Source: Amoeboaphelidium protococcarum X5 (lineage: Eukaryota; Fungi; Aphelidiomycota). Taken from it: a stretch of DNA of 64,000 bases. How positions within the stretch are numbered: the first letter of the stretch is position 1; each line of letters begins with the position of its first letter. A program made the position numbers and the translations under genes. Location of the stretch: assembly GCA_023515725.1 (NCBI GenBank), contig JALDTO010000266.1, positions 1,881,608 through 1,945,607 of the forward strand, read 5' to 3'. The notes beneath the pieces were generated by a model. That model was not told where the DNA came from and did no database searches. It saw only the letters and a program-made list of their open reading frames with translations. Of this stretch, positions 1-12,136 are shown piece by piece.

Positions 1-479
1 ACTTGCAACACTTGAATTTAACCGACTTGAGTAGTTTACGCAGCAACAATCAGGTTATTAGTACTTTATACAGCACTACAGAGACCACTATAACTTTCAA
101 CTGTATTAAATGAGTGAAGCAATCTAGGACTACGTTCAAACGAGTATATCACAATTCTGTTAATCAACACACAAATTATAGCATCTCGGGTCAATTATAC
201 AGAAACTACCTCTTGATTAAACTCAACTTCAAACAAAAACTACTTTTTAGCTTCGTCCCAAATTCTGACCATATTGTTTAAACTTTATGGGATGAGAGCA
301 ACAATATTACTTCGCTGCATGATCACAACAGTTCTAAATGGTGCCCCTTCGGCTTCAGTTAATCTCAGATTACCAAGTGCTTGTAGAGGGTCAACATTGT
401 AGACAGCTATAAGCTGCTAGCTCTATACTGCTATGCAAGGCGAATTTTGAGAATGAAAAGCTTTGTTATTGTTCATCAT
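1..479 (-). CDS. PROPPIN WD40 protein (Hsv2/WDR45/Atg18 family), 5' part; runs off the window start
   Basis: Code-6 reading from ATG 479: ...IAVYNVDPL...IMQRSNIVALI...NMVRIWDEAK...EVEFNQEVVSVQLTRDAIICVL..RIVIYSF...PRLLHSFNT....GLC, matching PROPPIN N-terminal blades. Confidence 0.75.
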
Positions 480-833
480 GGAATGGGTTTGAATACAATA
501 AAATGGAAGATATAATGAAAGATTGAAAAGCGCGTTTGGTTGCCACTGTAGAATCACAAGATTTAGTATGATGGATACATAGTACTACAATTCACTCCGT
601 CTCAAAGCTTCCCAAATCCGTCGAGCCTTGAGAGCAATGACCATTAGAGTGTGACTGATTCGCTAACAAACATATTCGTGTTTCAGAGTGACCTCAATGG
701 CCAATCACGTCGATACTAATCTCTCACCGTATTGGTGGATGGGATCATCTTGGCTATTAAGAATTTTCACAGACTCTTCTTCTGTTTCCGAAATAAGTTA
801 TATTAAAGTCTATTCATCAAAGTATCAAGGATA

Positions 834-2342
834 ATGTTTGCGGATTCTGAGCTAGTCGGGGTATTTGAGGATACAGAGAGATAATAATAACAACAAAGGT
901 AAGACTCATGTTGTCGCTCTGATTGTTTCAAATATCATGATTTTAAAGGTGACGCGTGTAGTTATGGGATTCAACACTTCGGTATTGATGATTTGATTTC
1001 TAGCGATAGTGGCCAAAGAGGCCAAATGTAGCAAAGTGGCGCTCATTCTGATATCCAGACTTTAGGGTAGTCTCAGTCTTTTGGGTAGCAGCCAATGTAG
1101 TACGAAGTTTAGCGCTCGCCATAGCATGTGTCGCCTTTGAGTCCGCTTTAACTAAACCAAAATTTGCCTACTGTCAATGAGGATCACACATAGCAGAAGC
1201 TGACTATCGATACTTCTCTTGCATCTGCATCAAACTTTTAGTAGTCTTTGGCTTCTGGACTCCTGTCATCTGCTGCTATATAAAGTGCCAAATTCCAGAG
1301 TCCACCTAGCTGGCGTCGTCGCAATACGTACAACGCTGGCGATAGTGGCCCGCATTTCACGCCAACACAGTAACATGAAACCGTGTACAGTGGAGACAAG
1401 AGCCAGATGATGAAATTTAGTCTAACCGCAAAGCTGGATAAGGGCTTCTTTCTTGCTGACAATGACTGGACTTGTTATCGTCGTAACTATTTTTAATTAT
1501 CTGCCGCCTTTCAGTCATTCGCGTCAAGTGCTGTGGCTGGTGAAAATTCTTCAATGTTTCAGTGCCCTGTTGAAGAGCAGAATGCTGTGATTGTCCAAGG
1601 GGGATAAACCAAGCGCATTACTTCATTCAAAATTGGAGTATCTAGTCGTGTTGCTGCATCTCAGAAGTCTATTCAGTTGATTTAGCATACTAGCAAACGC
1701 GACAAAGGCCCGCAGAAGGTGCCTGGACCTCGTATCTGTCGATCTGGCGGACAGCTGATATCTCTATCCCCATTGCACGGTGCATCTGAAGCTATTTCGT
1801 GTGGAGATGATGTGGTGTGCTTTGAGAGAATTCAGTTCAAAAGCTCCACTGCCAACAACGGCAAGAGACGCACCGCTTAATAGTACTTTGTTTTGGACAT
1901 TTGTCTCTTTGCTGAGCTCTAGGATGGCTCAGACGTGAGAATTGCATCCACCACCTCTGCTCCTTTGATTGTGAGAGGACGTTCACCTGGACACTACGCT
2001 GATCAGGGTAATTTCGTGCAGCCAAGCTATGGAAAGTCTCTGATATCCCCTAGCATGCAGTCATAGTTTCTGTATGCTAACGCCGACTCTATGTTAACTC
2101 AGATGACGCCGTAGACGCCATTTGTGAATTAGCTACTGTCACTGCAAGAAATCCCATCTTATTAAAGTCCTTCCCCTTCTGGGTTGGTAAGATCATCCTC
2201 TTCCAAGTCTGATTTTGACAATTTAATGACTGGCTAGTAGCAATCTCTGTTGCCTGTCTCGAATTTTGGATTCTAGTTCAATGTTGACCAATAGCAGTAT
2301 GACTAGTAATTGCAATTGGCCTAACTGAACTCCGTGTTATGA
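834..2342 (+). CDS. NDT80/PhoG-family transcription factor; one intron 899-961
   Basis: Motifs KLDKGFFLADNDWTCYRRNYFQLS, LIQHTSKRDKGPQ, FERIQFKSSTANNGKRRTAQQYF, SAPLIVRGRSPGHY; GTAAGA..TAG intron restores frame; TGA at 2340-2342. Confidence 0.9.
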
Positions 2343-2500
2343 GGTCACATTATAACGCCTGCTTAAGTTAATAGCCAAGATGTGTAAATTAAATGATAAT
2401 GAAAATGATGTGCAATATACAAAAAAAATTCTATGTCTCTACAAAACCGGTCATCTTTCATTCTCATGTATATCAAGGTTGCTTGACATTCATTACGTTA

Positions 2501-4151
2501 TCACTTATCGGGCAGCTCAGAATTCTAGTACAATGGATTGAAACTTTCGCTTGATGATGGCTTATAAAGAGGATTGTTCTACATCTAAGTGGCATAGAAC
2601 TCCTTCTCCCATGTTTTCTAAAATCTCACTGCAGCCACGTGCCAATACAGAATCCATGCTAGTAGAAGTCCAATAAGAGCGAAGAACGCAACTCCACCAA
2701 CAACAACGCCCGCGATCTAAGAACTCTATAAAGGTGGCTAAGGAGGTATTACTGGCATCTTAGCCTCAATGGTGATTGTCGCTGTAGATGAGGATAGACC
2801 ATCAGAGACCATCCATTTCAGCTGCTCTTTCCCAACATTCACAGGCCGGTACTCAAGCGTACCATCCTTGGCGATAGTAGCATAACCAAATTATGGTGAT
2901 GATATCAAAAAGAAGGATAGATCAGACAGTGCAGTGTCTCGATCATAAACACTCAACTGAAACGTACTGTTCTCACCAATGTTTGCATTCACCTACTAAT
3001 CACTAGCCTCGGGTGGGTAATAGATTGCATTTACAGAAATCTACGCAAAGGCAACAGTTGAGTTAGCTTAGCCATCATTCATAATGAACTCAAAACTATC
3101 TTCACCGTTGAAATCTACATCCGGGGTGTATACAATCTTGGTATTTACAGGGATCCAACTTCCTACTGGTGCAGATATAGAGCCGAATGATGGTTTATTA
3201 AGAATCATGAACGACACGGTCGGATTATAATCAGGATCATAGCCTTCCAGAACAAACTAAGCCTCACTATTCTAGGACAGAAGGACAGAGGTGTTCAGTG
3301 CAATAGGAGCTTGATTAATGGGCACAATAGAGGTGGTAATTTAGAAAGCACTGCCACTCCAATGACGTTCCGCGTGGAAGATTGTCATCTCATGAGTCAG
3401 ATTCTGCAGCAGACCCAGACTGTCTAGATTGATAGAGCAGGTTAGGGTTGGATGAATAGAGCCCAAGTCGCAACTTGTCAGCTTGCCATCAATAAACACC
3501 CATAAATCATCATCACCAGTGAATGTGAAGACTTCGCCGCCTCTATAATAGAATTTGGCATTGATCTCAGTGGTGAACCAATAATTGTTATTGCGATCAG
3601 ACTGACTGAACATACTTCTACTATTCAAAGCCTCTCGTTGATATCCTAGACCATTCAAAGGGAAGAACGAGGTGGACTTGAATTGATACAGTGCAGCAGA
3701 CGGATCAATCAGGTCCAACTGTATAGATAATGGATAAGCAATATTAACACCCGGAACATCGGTGTAATACTCTTCATGAAGAAATTGACCAAAATTAGAT
3801 ATAGCGGCCGAAGTCCTGGCCTGAGTAACATTGACTTTAGAGCAGCTGGTGTATATACCAAATTGATCGGGGCTGTGCAATTAGGGAGGTAGAAACTACG
3901 GACGCCCGTTGACATCTAGCTTATCTTCCAGTAAACCAGTCTGCTAGTAGCACCATTAAGCGGGACTCTCCATATCTGGATTCATTGCACTACATAGAGA
4001 ACGTCGGCATGTTAAACATTTAGAGGGCATATGAACAGTAAGAGTCTTACTTGAAGTCTCGAAGAAATCCCTGCAGTGTGATGAATGGTGGCAGATCTGA
4101 CTATGCGTAGATTGCCGTTCCAAGCAGCATGACTTGAACCAGTTTGTTCAT
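2501..4151 (-). CDS. Type I membrane protein: signal peptide, fibro-slime/PA14 domain, two cadherin-like/bacterial Ig-like repeats, TM helix, integrin-beta-like tail with two NPxY motifs; intron 3990-4050
   Basis: MNKLVQVMLLGTAIYA; LRDF..NPDME; FFPLNGLG; NYWFTTEI..KFYYRGGEVFTFTGDDDLWVFIDGKL..DLGSIH; NQAPIA...YTPDVDFNGEDSFEFIMNDG; IAGVVVGGVAFFALIGLLLAWILYW; NNPLYK..FNPLY; TGA at 2501. Confidence 0.85.
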
Positions 4152-4915
4152 CTTAAATATCATTAAGTCTGAATTTTATAGTGTTGTGCTGATAGTTCTC
4201 TGGGGTGGGATAGAAGAGTTGATAAGCAAGTGGACAGCTCCATACTGTTGTTCCACGCAGTTACCATGGCAACGTTAGCGTTCTGAACTGCACAATTGCG
4301 ACATGCGCCCTTTGTAATTCAGGAAGCTGTCATGGTCTACATTTAACATATGCCAATTGAAGTAATAATAGCAAAAGATACTACAAAAACATTTAAGAAT
4401 TCATGAATGTTATACATAACTTCTATCACTATCCGGACTATTCATCATCGCGTTGGAATAACGTAGTCCCAGTAGGCGAGTGTCTTTATTCAGCAAGATT
4501 CGCTTATGTGCTAATAGAATCTGACAGCCTCGACATCCAAACATTCTCAGGAATTTATTTGGCCCAGTGAGGAATACAATGGTCTGGCACCGTAATCTGG
4601 TCCATTGTCTCTTTGATTATACTCAAATCCTCTACACACATCCTTTGCATGTTAATCATTGTTTCGCTTTAATTTAAAACACGCTTTGGAACATACCTGC
4701 AGTAAATTCTCCACCTGCCAATTCTTACTTATCCTCTTAAATCTATTAACTTTCCGCTGCTTATGAAGAATCTTATGCATTCTCTGTATTCAGTATATTG
4801 TAAGACATGTCAGGGTCAGAAGATTATTGTTATAAGGCCGACTTTTATCCCAGCATTGTTGAATCGAATTTTCTCTACTGCCAGGAAGAGAATAAATTTT
4901 ACTATCAGATCAACA

Positions 4916-5660
4916 ATGGAGATTGAGGTGAAGTTAAAGTTACTGGATAAAGCTGCCCATTAACGCGTCATTGAACACTTGACTAAAGAGGCTAAACCGC
5001 TGGGTAAAGAGATTCAGACTAATAATTTCTTCGACACCGAGGACAATGCGCTGTAAGTTGAACCTTTGCCGCCATCTAGAATCCCATCTCATATCGTACT
5101 GTGTGTAGTTAGAAAGTGAGAAATGTAATGAGAATTCGATAAAAGATCAAGTCTGGCGGGAGTGAAAGTTATGTTCTGACATTGAAAGGTAATGCTGTAT
5201 TAGAGAATGGAGTCAGTCGTGTTGAAGAGGTAGGTACACTTACTTGTGAGTTGGCCGCAGCGATATCTTGACGGATCTAACAGCGTAGAATGAAGAGACT
5301 TTAAGTAGCGATGAGGCAAAGAGTTTAATTGAAGACCCAACGTAGATGATTTCTCAAGCAACATCTACATCTAAATCTGCGCTTTTGAAATAGATTTTTG
5401 AAAAGTTCAACGACCAGAGCGGATGGAAGAAGGTTGGCTCATTCAAGAACGAGAGGCAAAAGTTCTAATGGAAGGATTATGTTCTGGAGGTTGATGAGAC
5501 CATGTTCTAACACGGCACTTGTTATGAGATTGAACTTGAGCATGTAGATGCTATTACAGCCAAGTCTCATTTGGAAAACTGGCTCACTTCTCATGGTATT
5601 CAGTATTCGTACTCCAAGAAGAACAAGTATGCCAACATGCTAGACGGAACTTTGATATGA
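4916..5660 (+). CDS. CYTH / triphosphate tunnel metalloenzyme (TTM3-like); two introns (~5053-5111, ~5230-5283)
   Basis: N-terminal MEIEVKLKL (ExExK), QTNNFFD, GSFKNER, LEVDET...CYEIELE, C-terminal YSYSKKNKYANMLDG. Confidence 0.85.
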
Positions 5661-5702
5661 TTGCAAAGGATTATACATCAAGATACCATGGTATAAAATT
5701 CA

Positions 5703-6373
5703 TCATTTTTAGAGTCTCTTCATTCTACTACGAGCTTCAACTTTGAACGCGTTAACCATCTTTATGGCAACCTCATTGAAAAAGAATCCAGCCATAGCAT
5801 CGTGTAGAACAGACTTGAACTAATAATCAATCACAAATTGTACGCGACAAGCATTAGAAGAATTAGCATCGAGTGGCATAATAGTCCACCTAGTCTGCAG
5901 TTACTTGAATACCTCACTCTCTGATGCCACGGCGAGTACTTCATACCTGTTGAGTCGATGATTCTCAATGCAGGTGACGCTGCTCGTGTACTGGCCTTCT
6001 GAATTCTTGAATCCAACTCCAAGTACTCCCTTAAATGCGTATTTCAACACTTCTGCTTCCTCTCTATTCATCAATCGCCTTGATCCATATATAATCCTGG
6101 ATGATGTGCAATAGGGAACGAACGTCTTATAACTGTTCACATCAGACACAACGTCATAGAACTATCTCGACGATATTGATCTACACTAACAAACATTATT
6201 GGTAGTTTAAAATCATCAAAGATACTGAATAGCTGAATGACGTACCTGATCACGTCTGTATTTGAATAATGGTGCAATTTGGGAGAGCTGATCGCCTGAG
6301 TCAGCTGAGAGATATCAGGCAATCTGAATATAAATCTCTTCTGATCGAGTCGCCGAATCTGCAAATTCATCAT
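5703..6373 (-). CDS. COQ10: Coenzyme Q-binding START-domain protein; intron ~6181-6245
   Basis: FYDVVSDVNSYKTFVPYCTSS, LGVGFK....YTSSVTC, VFKQLQTRW, VQFVIDYQFKS.LH, KMVNAF; presequence-like N-terminus. Confidence 0.85.
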
Positions 6374-6439
6374 GATTTATTGAAATAAATAAAGAGAGAG
6401 AAGTTTCTAAGAAGTATAACATTAAGATTAAGTATATTA

Positions 6440-8023
6440 TCAGCGTCGATCACGGTTATATTAATTGTACGATGATGATGATGATGAATGCTGAGACTGA
6501 TAGTAATCTCTATAATTTCCATGCGGACGCGAATACTAATAACCATTAGATTGTCGTCTTGGGTGTTGGAAATTCGCCATATCTTCCGTCGGATCATAGC
6601 GACTACCACTTGCCTACTATTGATGTTGTGGCGGTCGTTAATCTTCATGATGTGGCTATTACGGATACGATGGAGACTACATATTAGCCACTTCATCATA
6701 ACTGACCTTACTTCGAGAATCAGCCCGTGGTTACTCTCCTCCCCGGTCCTTAATTTGAGGTTCTGCTGGTCTACCGCGAAGTCTATCAACTTAACGATCA
6801 TCTTCCATTCTCTAATGCTAATGATACTACTAAGACGCAGCTTGGCCATAATAATGATCTTCATGTCTCCTATACTACGATTCATAAGAATCGCGCGGAT
6901 GATGATATCCACCACGCTTATAATCCTCTGGGTATCGATAGTAGTCATCGTAGTACTATCGTGAATCCCGGTACTGAGCATCTCTATAATAATGAGATTA
7001 AGGCGGTGGTAGCCCATGGCTTCTTGCCCGATCTTCACGTACATCCTGATCTTGTCTCAGATGCCCATTAGAATCATATCGACGCGGCTACTAGTTATAT
7101 TACCTCTATTATGGCGGTGGCCTACGGGTAACTTACCTGATAGGATGCAACTTGGCATACTCCTAATACTTCTGCTATAAATCTTTATACTTGGCAGTCT
7201 CCATATACGCCTCCTTCCTCTAACTACCTTGCACAGACTTGCTATAGAATTCAAACACATTATGCACGTTATAGAACTAATCCTCATCCATATTAATATC
7301 ATCAGACTGTACTTTATCAGTACCTTATGTTAAGCTCTGTGTACTATCAACATTATTTGCATCCAAGCGCTTGATACGATCCACGTTGTCATGTAACATT
7401 GAGTGGAGTACCTGTTCAAATTGCACTATAGCATCATCATATCGACTGACACCATTCAGAGTATTACCGAAAACTATCTTGGCATACATATTATGTGGCT
7501 GCAGTTCTATAGCCTGTTTAAAATATTTAAGTGAACTCTCCTTGGCTTTTTTACGCTCATCACCCATCAGATCCTTGACACTATCCAGCACCTGCAGCCC
7601 ATCTCTGAGACATCCACACGCCCAATCTTCTTACTGCTTCTATCGCAGCGAAATATAATCTACAACTTGGCCGCCATCCTTAATATCACCAACACCACCA
7701 TCATTACCAAAGACAGCATTAAAATCAACATGCCAATTACCACACGTTTAGTAAAAGGCAGAACCATCTTAGATATCTGGATGCTGAGACGTTGTCATTT
7801 CCTTTACGTATACGCGATCTCTTTAATCTGTAGCATAATGACCAAATTTATCATGCAAATTGGATATTAGCAAAGTGAGGTTTTAAGTATCATTAATTAT
7901 AGAGCATTAGCTTCTCTATTACCATTAGCCAACTAAATCCAGAATCTGACTCTCTCTTGATGCCACAAGATCGCGAATAAACTCTTCACACTATACAGAA
8001 TTATTCCGATTCAAGTTCGCCAT
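6440..8023 (-). CDS. TPR protein with R/D/Y/S-rich low-complexity C-terminus (TTC14-like)
   Basis: Single code-6 ORF from ATG 8023 to TGA 6440; DYISLRQKQQEDWACGCLRDG precedes TPR helices (YFKQAIELQPHN..A...GN.L....RYDDAIVQFEQVL); charged low-complexity tail. Confidence 0.6.
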
Positions 8024-8360
8024 TATTAATTCTCAGTCAAGGTTAATGTAAAATGTATTCCAATGAGATGGTCGATTATTAAGAAGGGACTTAACACTGA
8101 GAGCAGTGTAGATGAATGACTTGATAACTGAATGATGGGCGCCCGAAAGAGGAACTGCAAGAGGCGACAGCCAGCAGAGAGTAACGACGAGAGACGAAGA
8201 AGATTGAACACGCTACGACGAAACGTTCAGAAGATAGAGGAAAGCGAGCCGGCCTGTCAGAATTATGAATCTCTCTGGTCAGCGAGCGCGTAAAGTCGTT
8301 TCGTTTGAAGCGTGTTAGATTAAATTAAATTACTTTTGAGTCATACCATCGCACTTTGAA

Positions 8361-9155
8361 ATGAACAGCGGTAGAGATATATTTGTGGGATAGAGTGCAC
8401 ATTCTATTGGACTGGCTGCCGTTGAATAGATTATAAGAATTTAGGCTCAGAGTATTGAGTAGCGTGGTAAGTTTTCTATCGCATTCAGTGGAGGATCTTT
8501 GCCTAAAACTGTCGGTGGACCACTTATTAAAGCCGCGGAAAGTGGTCGCATAAGTAGAGATTAACTTGATAAGTGGATTGTCTTGTATGCTGATGAGCGA
8601 TTCGTTCTACTGGATGATAGCGACAGTAATCACAAGTTGTGTGAAGATTAGGTTCTCGGTAAACTGTACACTCACGGACTGAGAAGGGAATCAGTGTTGA
8701 CAGTAGACGAAGATAGTGTCAAGCGCAATGATTTAACCGGTGCTGCTTAAATATATCAAATCAAGTTGTAATCTATGCTGGGCAGTCATCCGCAGATTGA
8801 TCTGATTCTACTGGGGATGGGTCCAGATGGTCATACGTGTTCCCTGTTTCCTGGCCATGAACTGCTCAAGATTGTAGATCCTGATACACTGATAGCTTGT
8901 CTAGATGACAGTCCGAAGCCACCGCCCAAGAGAATCACGTTCACTTTGCCTCTAGTCAATGACGCGCACAATGTTCACTTTATAGTCACCGGAGATGGAA
9001 AGAAGGATGTGCTCAGCCACACATTGAGTAATGCGTCTTAGAAGGACGTCAAGTATCCTGTTTAGTTGGTTAATCCTCCTCATGGATCTCTAGTATGGTT
9101 CCTCGATACTGCCGCTGCATCTAAACTAAGTTCATCTCTATACAAATCCCTGTGA
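8361..9155 (+). CDS. 6-phosphogluconolactonase (SOL/PGLS)
   Basis: FSIAFSGGSLP, YADERFV..DDSDSN, IDLILLGMGPDGHTCSLFPGH, DSPKPPPKRITFTLP, WFLDTAAA. Confidence 0.95.
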
Positions 9156-9241
9156 TATTTTGAATATTTCAAATAATATGAATTTATATACAATCCTATA
9201 TGTTATTTTCTGAATAAAACTACTGTTATATATCAGACGTA

Positions 9242-10318
9242 TCATTCCACGGCAACTTCTTTACCAGTTCGCCAATGACCGACAGAGGTGAGCCATCCAA
9301 GTAGAGTAAGAGGAGCGAATTTACGCGGCGCCGGTATAACCTTCTCTATGGAATGCTCATCTATCAATGCCCTCTAATCATCCATGAATCTATATACAAA
9401 CACGCCATTGTAAATGATTTTCTAATCGATGATATTCTAATTCGGAGGTAATCTACCAACTTCACCGGAACTTGGACTGCTGTGATTAAAGTTGCCACCA
9501 GTAAGATTTCCGATTGACTTGAGTCTTGATGTCAACCAGTGGCTGGCGATAGAAGCGCGACTTATACCCTCAAATTGCCAGTGGACTGACACCTTACCAA
9601 CACTATCACTCACATTCAAAGAGTTCTAACCACCTCTACCACCACTTAATCCCAATGAAGATGATGATGGAGCCGCTCTGAACTCACCAAGCGACTCGGC
9701 GCGAGGATGCATCACTATATTCGTAATCTTGAATTGATACTACTAGCAATAGACACTGAGAACTGATCTCGTTGCACTCATTAACCATTCATACTTCTTC
9801 ATTCCGGCGAGATGCAACCTGTAATGATGTGGTTCCCGTATAACAATATCTGGATGATAAATACTCATATCCAACTGGTTTAATTAATCAAAATCCTCCT
9901 CTGCAATATCTACTTCTGTCTCAGTAGAATAATCACGCTCATAATTACCATGCCATGATGCAATGTGATTGGAATTGTAAGAGAAATATCGAGGTAGTTG
10001 ATAGCGAAGCACTTCAATAGCATGGCCTATGCGTCTGTTCCTTTCCAAACGATCCTTATCTATAGCGTCATCTAAATTATCTTAGTTATAGGTATATTTA
10101 ACGTCCGATGTCATATTATCAGAAGGATAGGATTTCTCATGTGTTATGCTAAAAGTCGCGTTCCCAGTATGATCAGATTCGACCTTCTTAATCTATTACA
10201 ATGCAAAATGTCTAACTGATACGTACCCAAAAGGCTTCAACTATATTGGCTTAATTATCTGTCTAATCCATAAACTATCCATTGTATTACATTTCAATAC
10301 ATCCTTGCCGCCATTCAT
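9242..10318 (-). CDS. DUF2358 / C6orf136-like NTF2-fold protein, probably mitochondrial
   Basis: Single code-6 ORF; GHAIEVLRYQLP, LDMSIYHPDIV, GMKKY, VSVHWQFEG, YNGVFVYRF, LIDEHSIEKVIP. Confidence 0.6.
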
Positions 10319-10507
10319 TGTTACTTTGAATAAACTTTTAACGAGTTGATATTTATCAACAGGAATAAGCTTTGCTTTATCACTTCCCCTCTACAATTAA
10401 GAGAGGACTCGTAATAACAATATCAAAAGTTGATCAAGGTAATTATTATAAGAATATAATCATAAAAGAGTAAAAGAAATCAAATTTATAAAGTCATCCG
10501 CAGTTCA

Positions 10508-11770
10508 TCAAGACAGAATAGAACTACCAGTCTTGGCAACGTTGTCCAACAAAAGACGGCTGACAATGACACGCTGAATCTGCGCAGTTCCCTCATAGAT
10601 CTAGAAAATCTTGGCGTCGCGCATCAACTTCTCCACTGGATACTCAGAGTTAAAGCCATTTCCACCAAAGATTTGAACGGCATCAGCTGCATTCTTGTTT
10701 GCAATATCACCCGCATAAGCCTTGGCGATAGAGGCATAGTACGTATTTCTCTTACCCTCATCGTAGGTGCGAGCACTGCGCCAAACCATCAATCTGGCCA
10801 ACTCAACGCCCATAGCCATCTCAGCTAGCATGAAAGCTACGGCCTGGTGCTCACAGATCGGCTTACCCATAGTCTTTCTCTCCATGCTGTACTTGGTGGC
10901 CTCCTCCAGAGCACGTCTTGCCAGACCGACTGCACCACTAGCCACAGCTGGTCTTGTGATATCAAAGGCACCCATAGCAATCTTAAATCCCTATCCAACA
11001 TCACCTAGTCTGTTCTCATCCGGAATCTCAACATCCTCAAAGGTGATGCCACGAGTATCGGAACAACGCTGGCCCATGTTCAACTCCTTCTTACCGACTG
11101 TAACACCAGGAGCATTGGCATCAACAACAAATCCAGTGAATGCTTTACCAGCCGGTGCACTGGCATCAGTCTTTGCCAGCAAGAAATACCAGTTGGCCTT
11201 TCCACCATTGGTGATCCACATCTTCTAGCCATTGACCACCCACTTATCTCCCTTCTTCACAGCCATAGTTCTTGCACCGGCCACATCACTACCAGCCTGA
11301 GGTTCTGTCACACAGTAGCCAGCCATAAGAGGTTCCTCAGTCATTCTACCCAGATACTTCTTCTTCAACTGATCATACTTTGGATCAGTGACCACATGCA
11401 GCGGTGCTTGAGCTAAACTATTAGCCTCAATCGCAGTCTACATACCAGTACACCCGTACGCCAACTCCTCAGTGATTATACAGGAATCAAGTACACCCAG
11501 TCCCAGACCGCCAAATTTCTCTGGGATATGAGTATTCATCAGGCCCAGTTCCCAACACTTTTTGATAATCTCCACCGGGTACTCACCAGTTCTATCATGC
11601 TCTGCTGCATTAGGGATAATGTGCTCAGCGGTGAACTTGCGAGCCAACTCTTGATATTCCTTCTACTCGGCAGTCAGATTGAATCCAATATACTCTGCAG
11701 CAGGCAACTTGGCCTTTGCCAATCTAGAAGCAGATCCCGATATAAACTGCTTTCTCAACAAGCTATTCAT
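10508..11770 (-). CDS. ACADM: Medium-chain acyl-CoA dehydrogenase
   Basis: [75 protein letters not shown] (TAG at the conserved Q). Confidence 0.95.
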
Positions 11771-12136
11771 CTTTACTACTTTGAGGACTAAGAAAAGTCA
11801 AATTTATATTCAACACACTGCGTGAAATAAAAAAACCTCTTAAGGAAAGAAAAGGAAAGTAAAATTTCAGCACATTCTTCAGGCAAACTTCATCATTGGT
11901 CGCCTCGACAACGATGATGCCTCGAAAAGTATTTCGCTATTTTGTCTCTCTTTAGCCTATCACGCGTTATAAGCGGGAGGAGTTCACTCGGTCTCTTTTC
12001 GTGTAGCGTCGTTTGTTCTCTTACGCGCTTTGTAGTAGCCGTCTGGTCCGCTTTGTTTCAGTCCTAGTAAAAATTTAGTGTAGGTTCTTCTGTTTTATAA
12101 CTTTGAATATTCTTGATACTAGTTTGACATTACGAA

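Noticed and set aside
6370-7302. Ile/Met/Arg-rich ORFs 6370-7044, 6488-6964 and 7057-7302
   Set aside because: Shadow frames of the low-complexity tail of the TPR gene
10195-10227. Apparent 33-bp GT..AG intron in the DUF2358-like gene
   Set aside because: It reads through in frame once TAA/TAG are Gln, so no intron is needed
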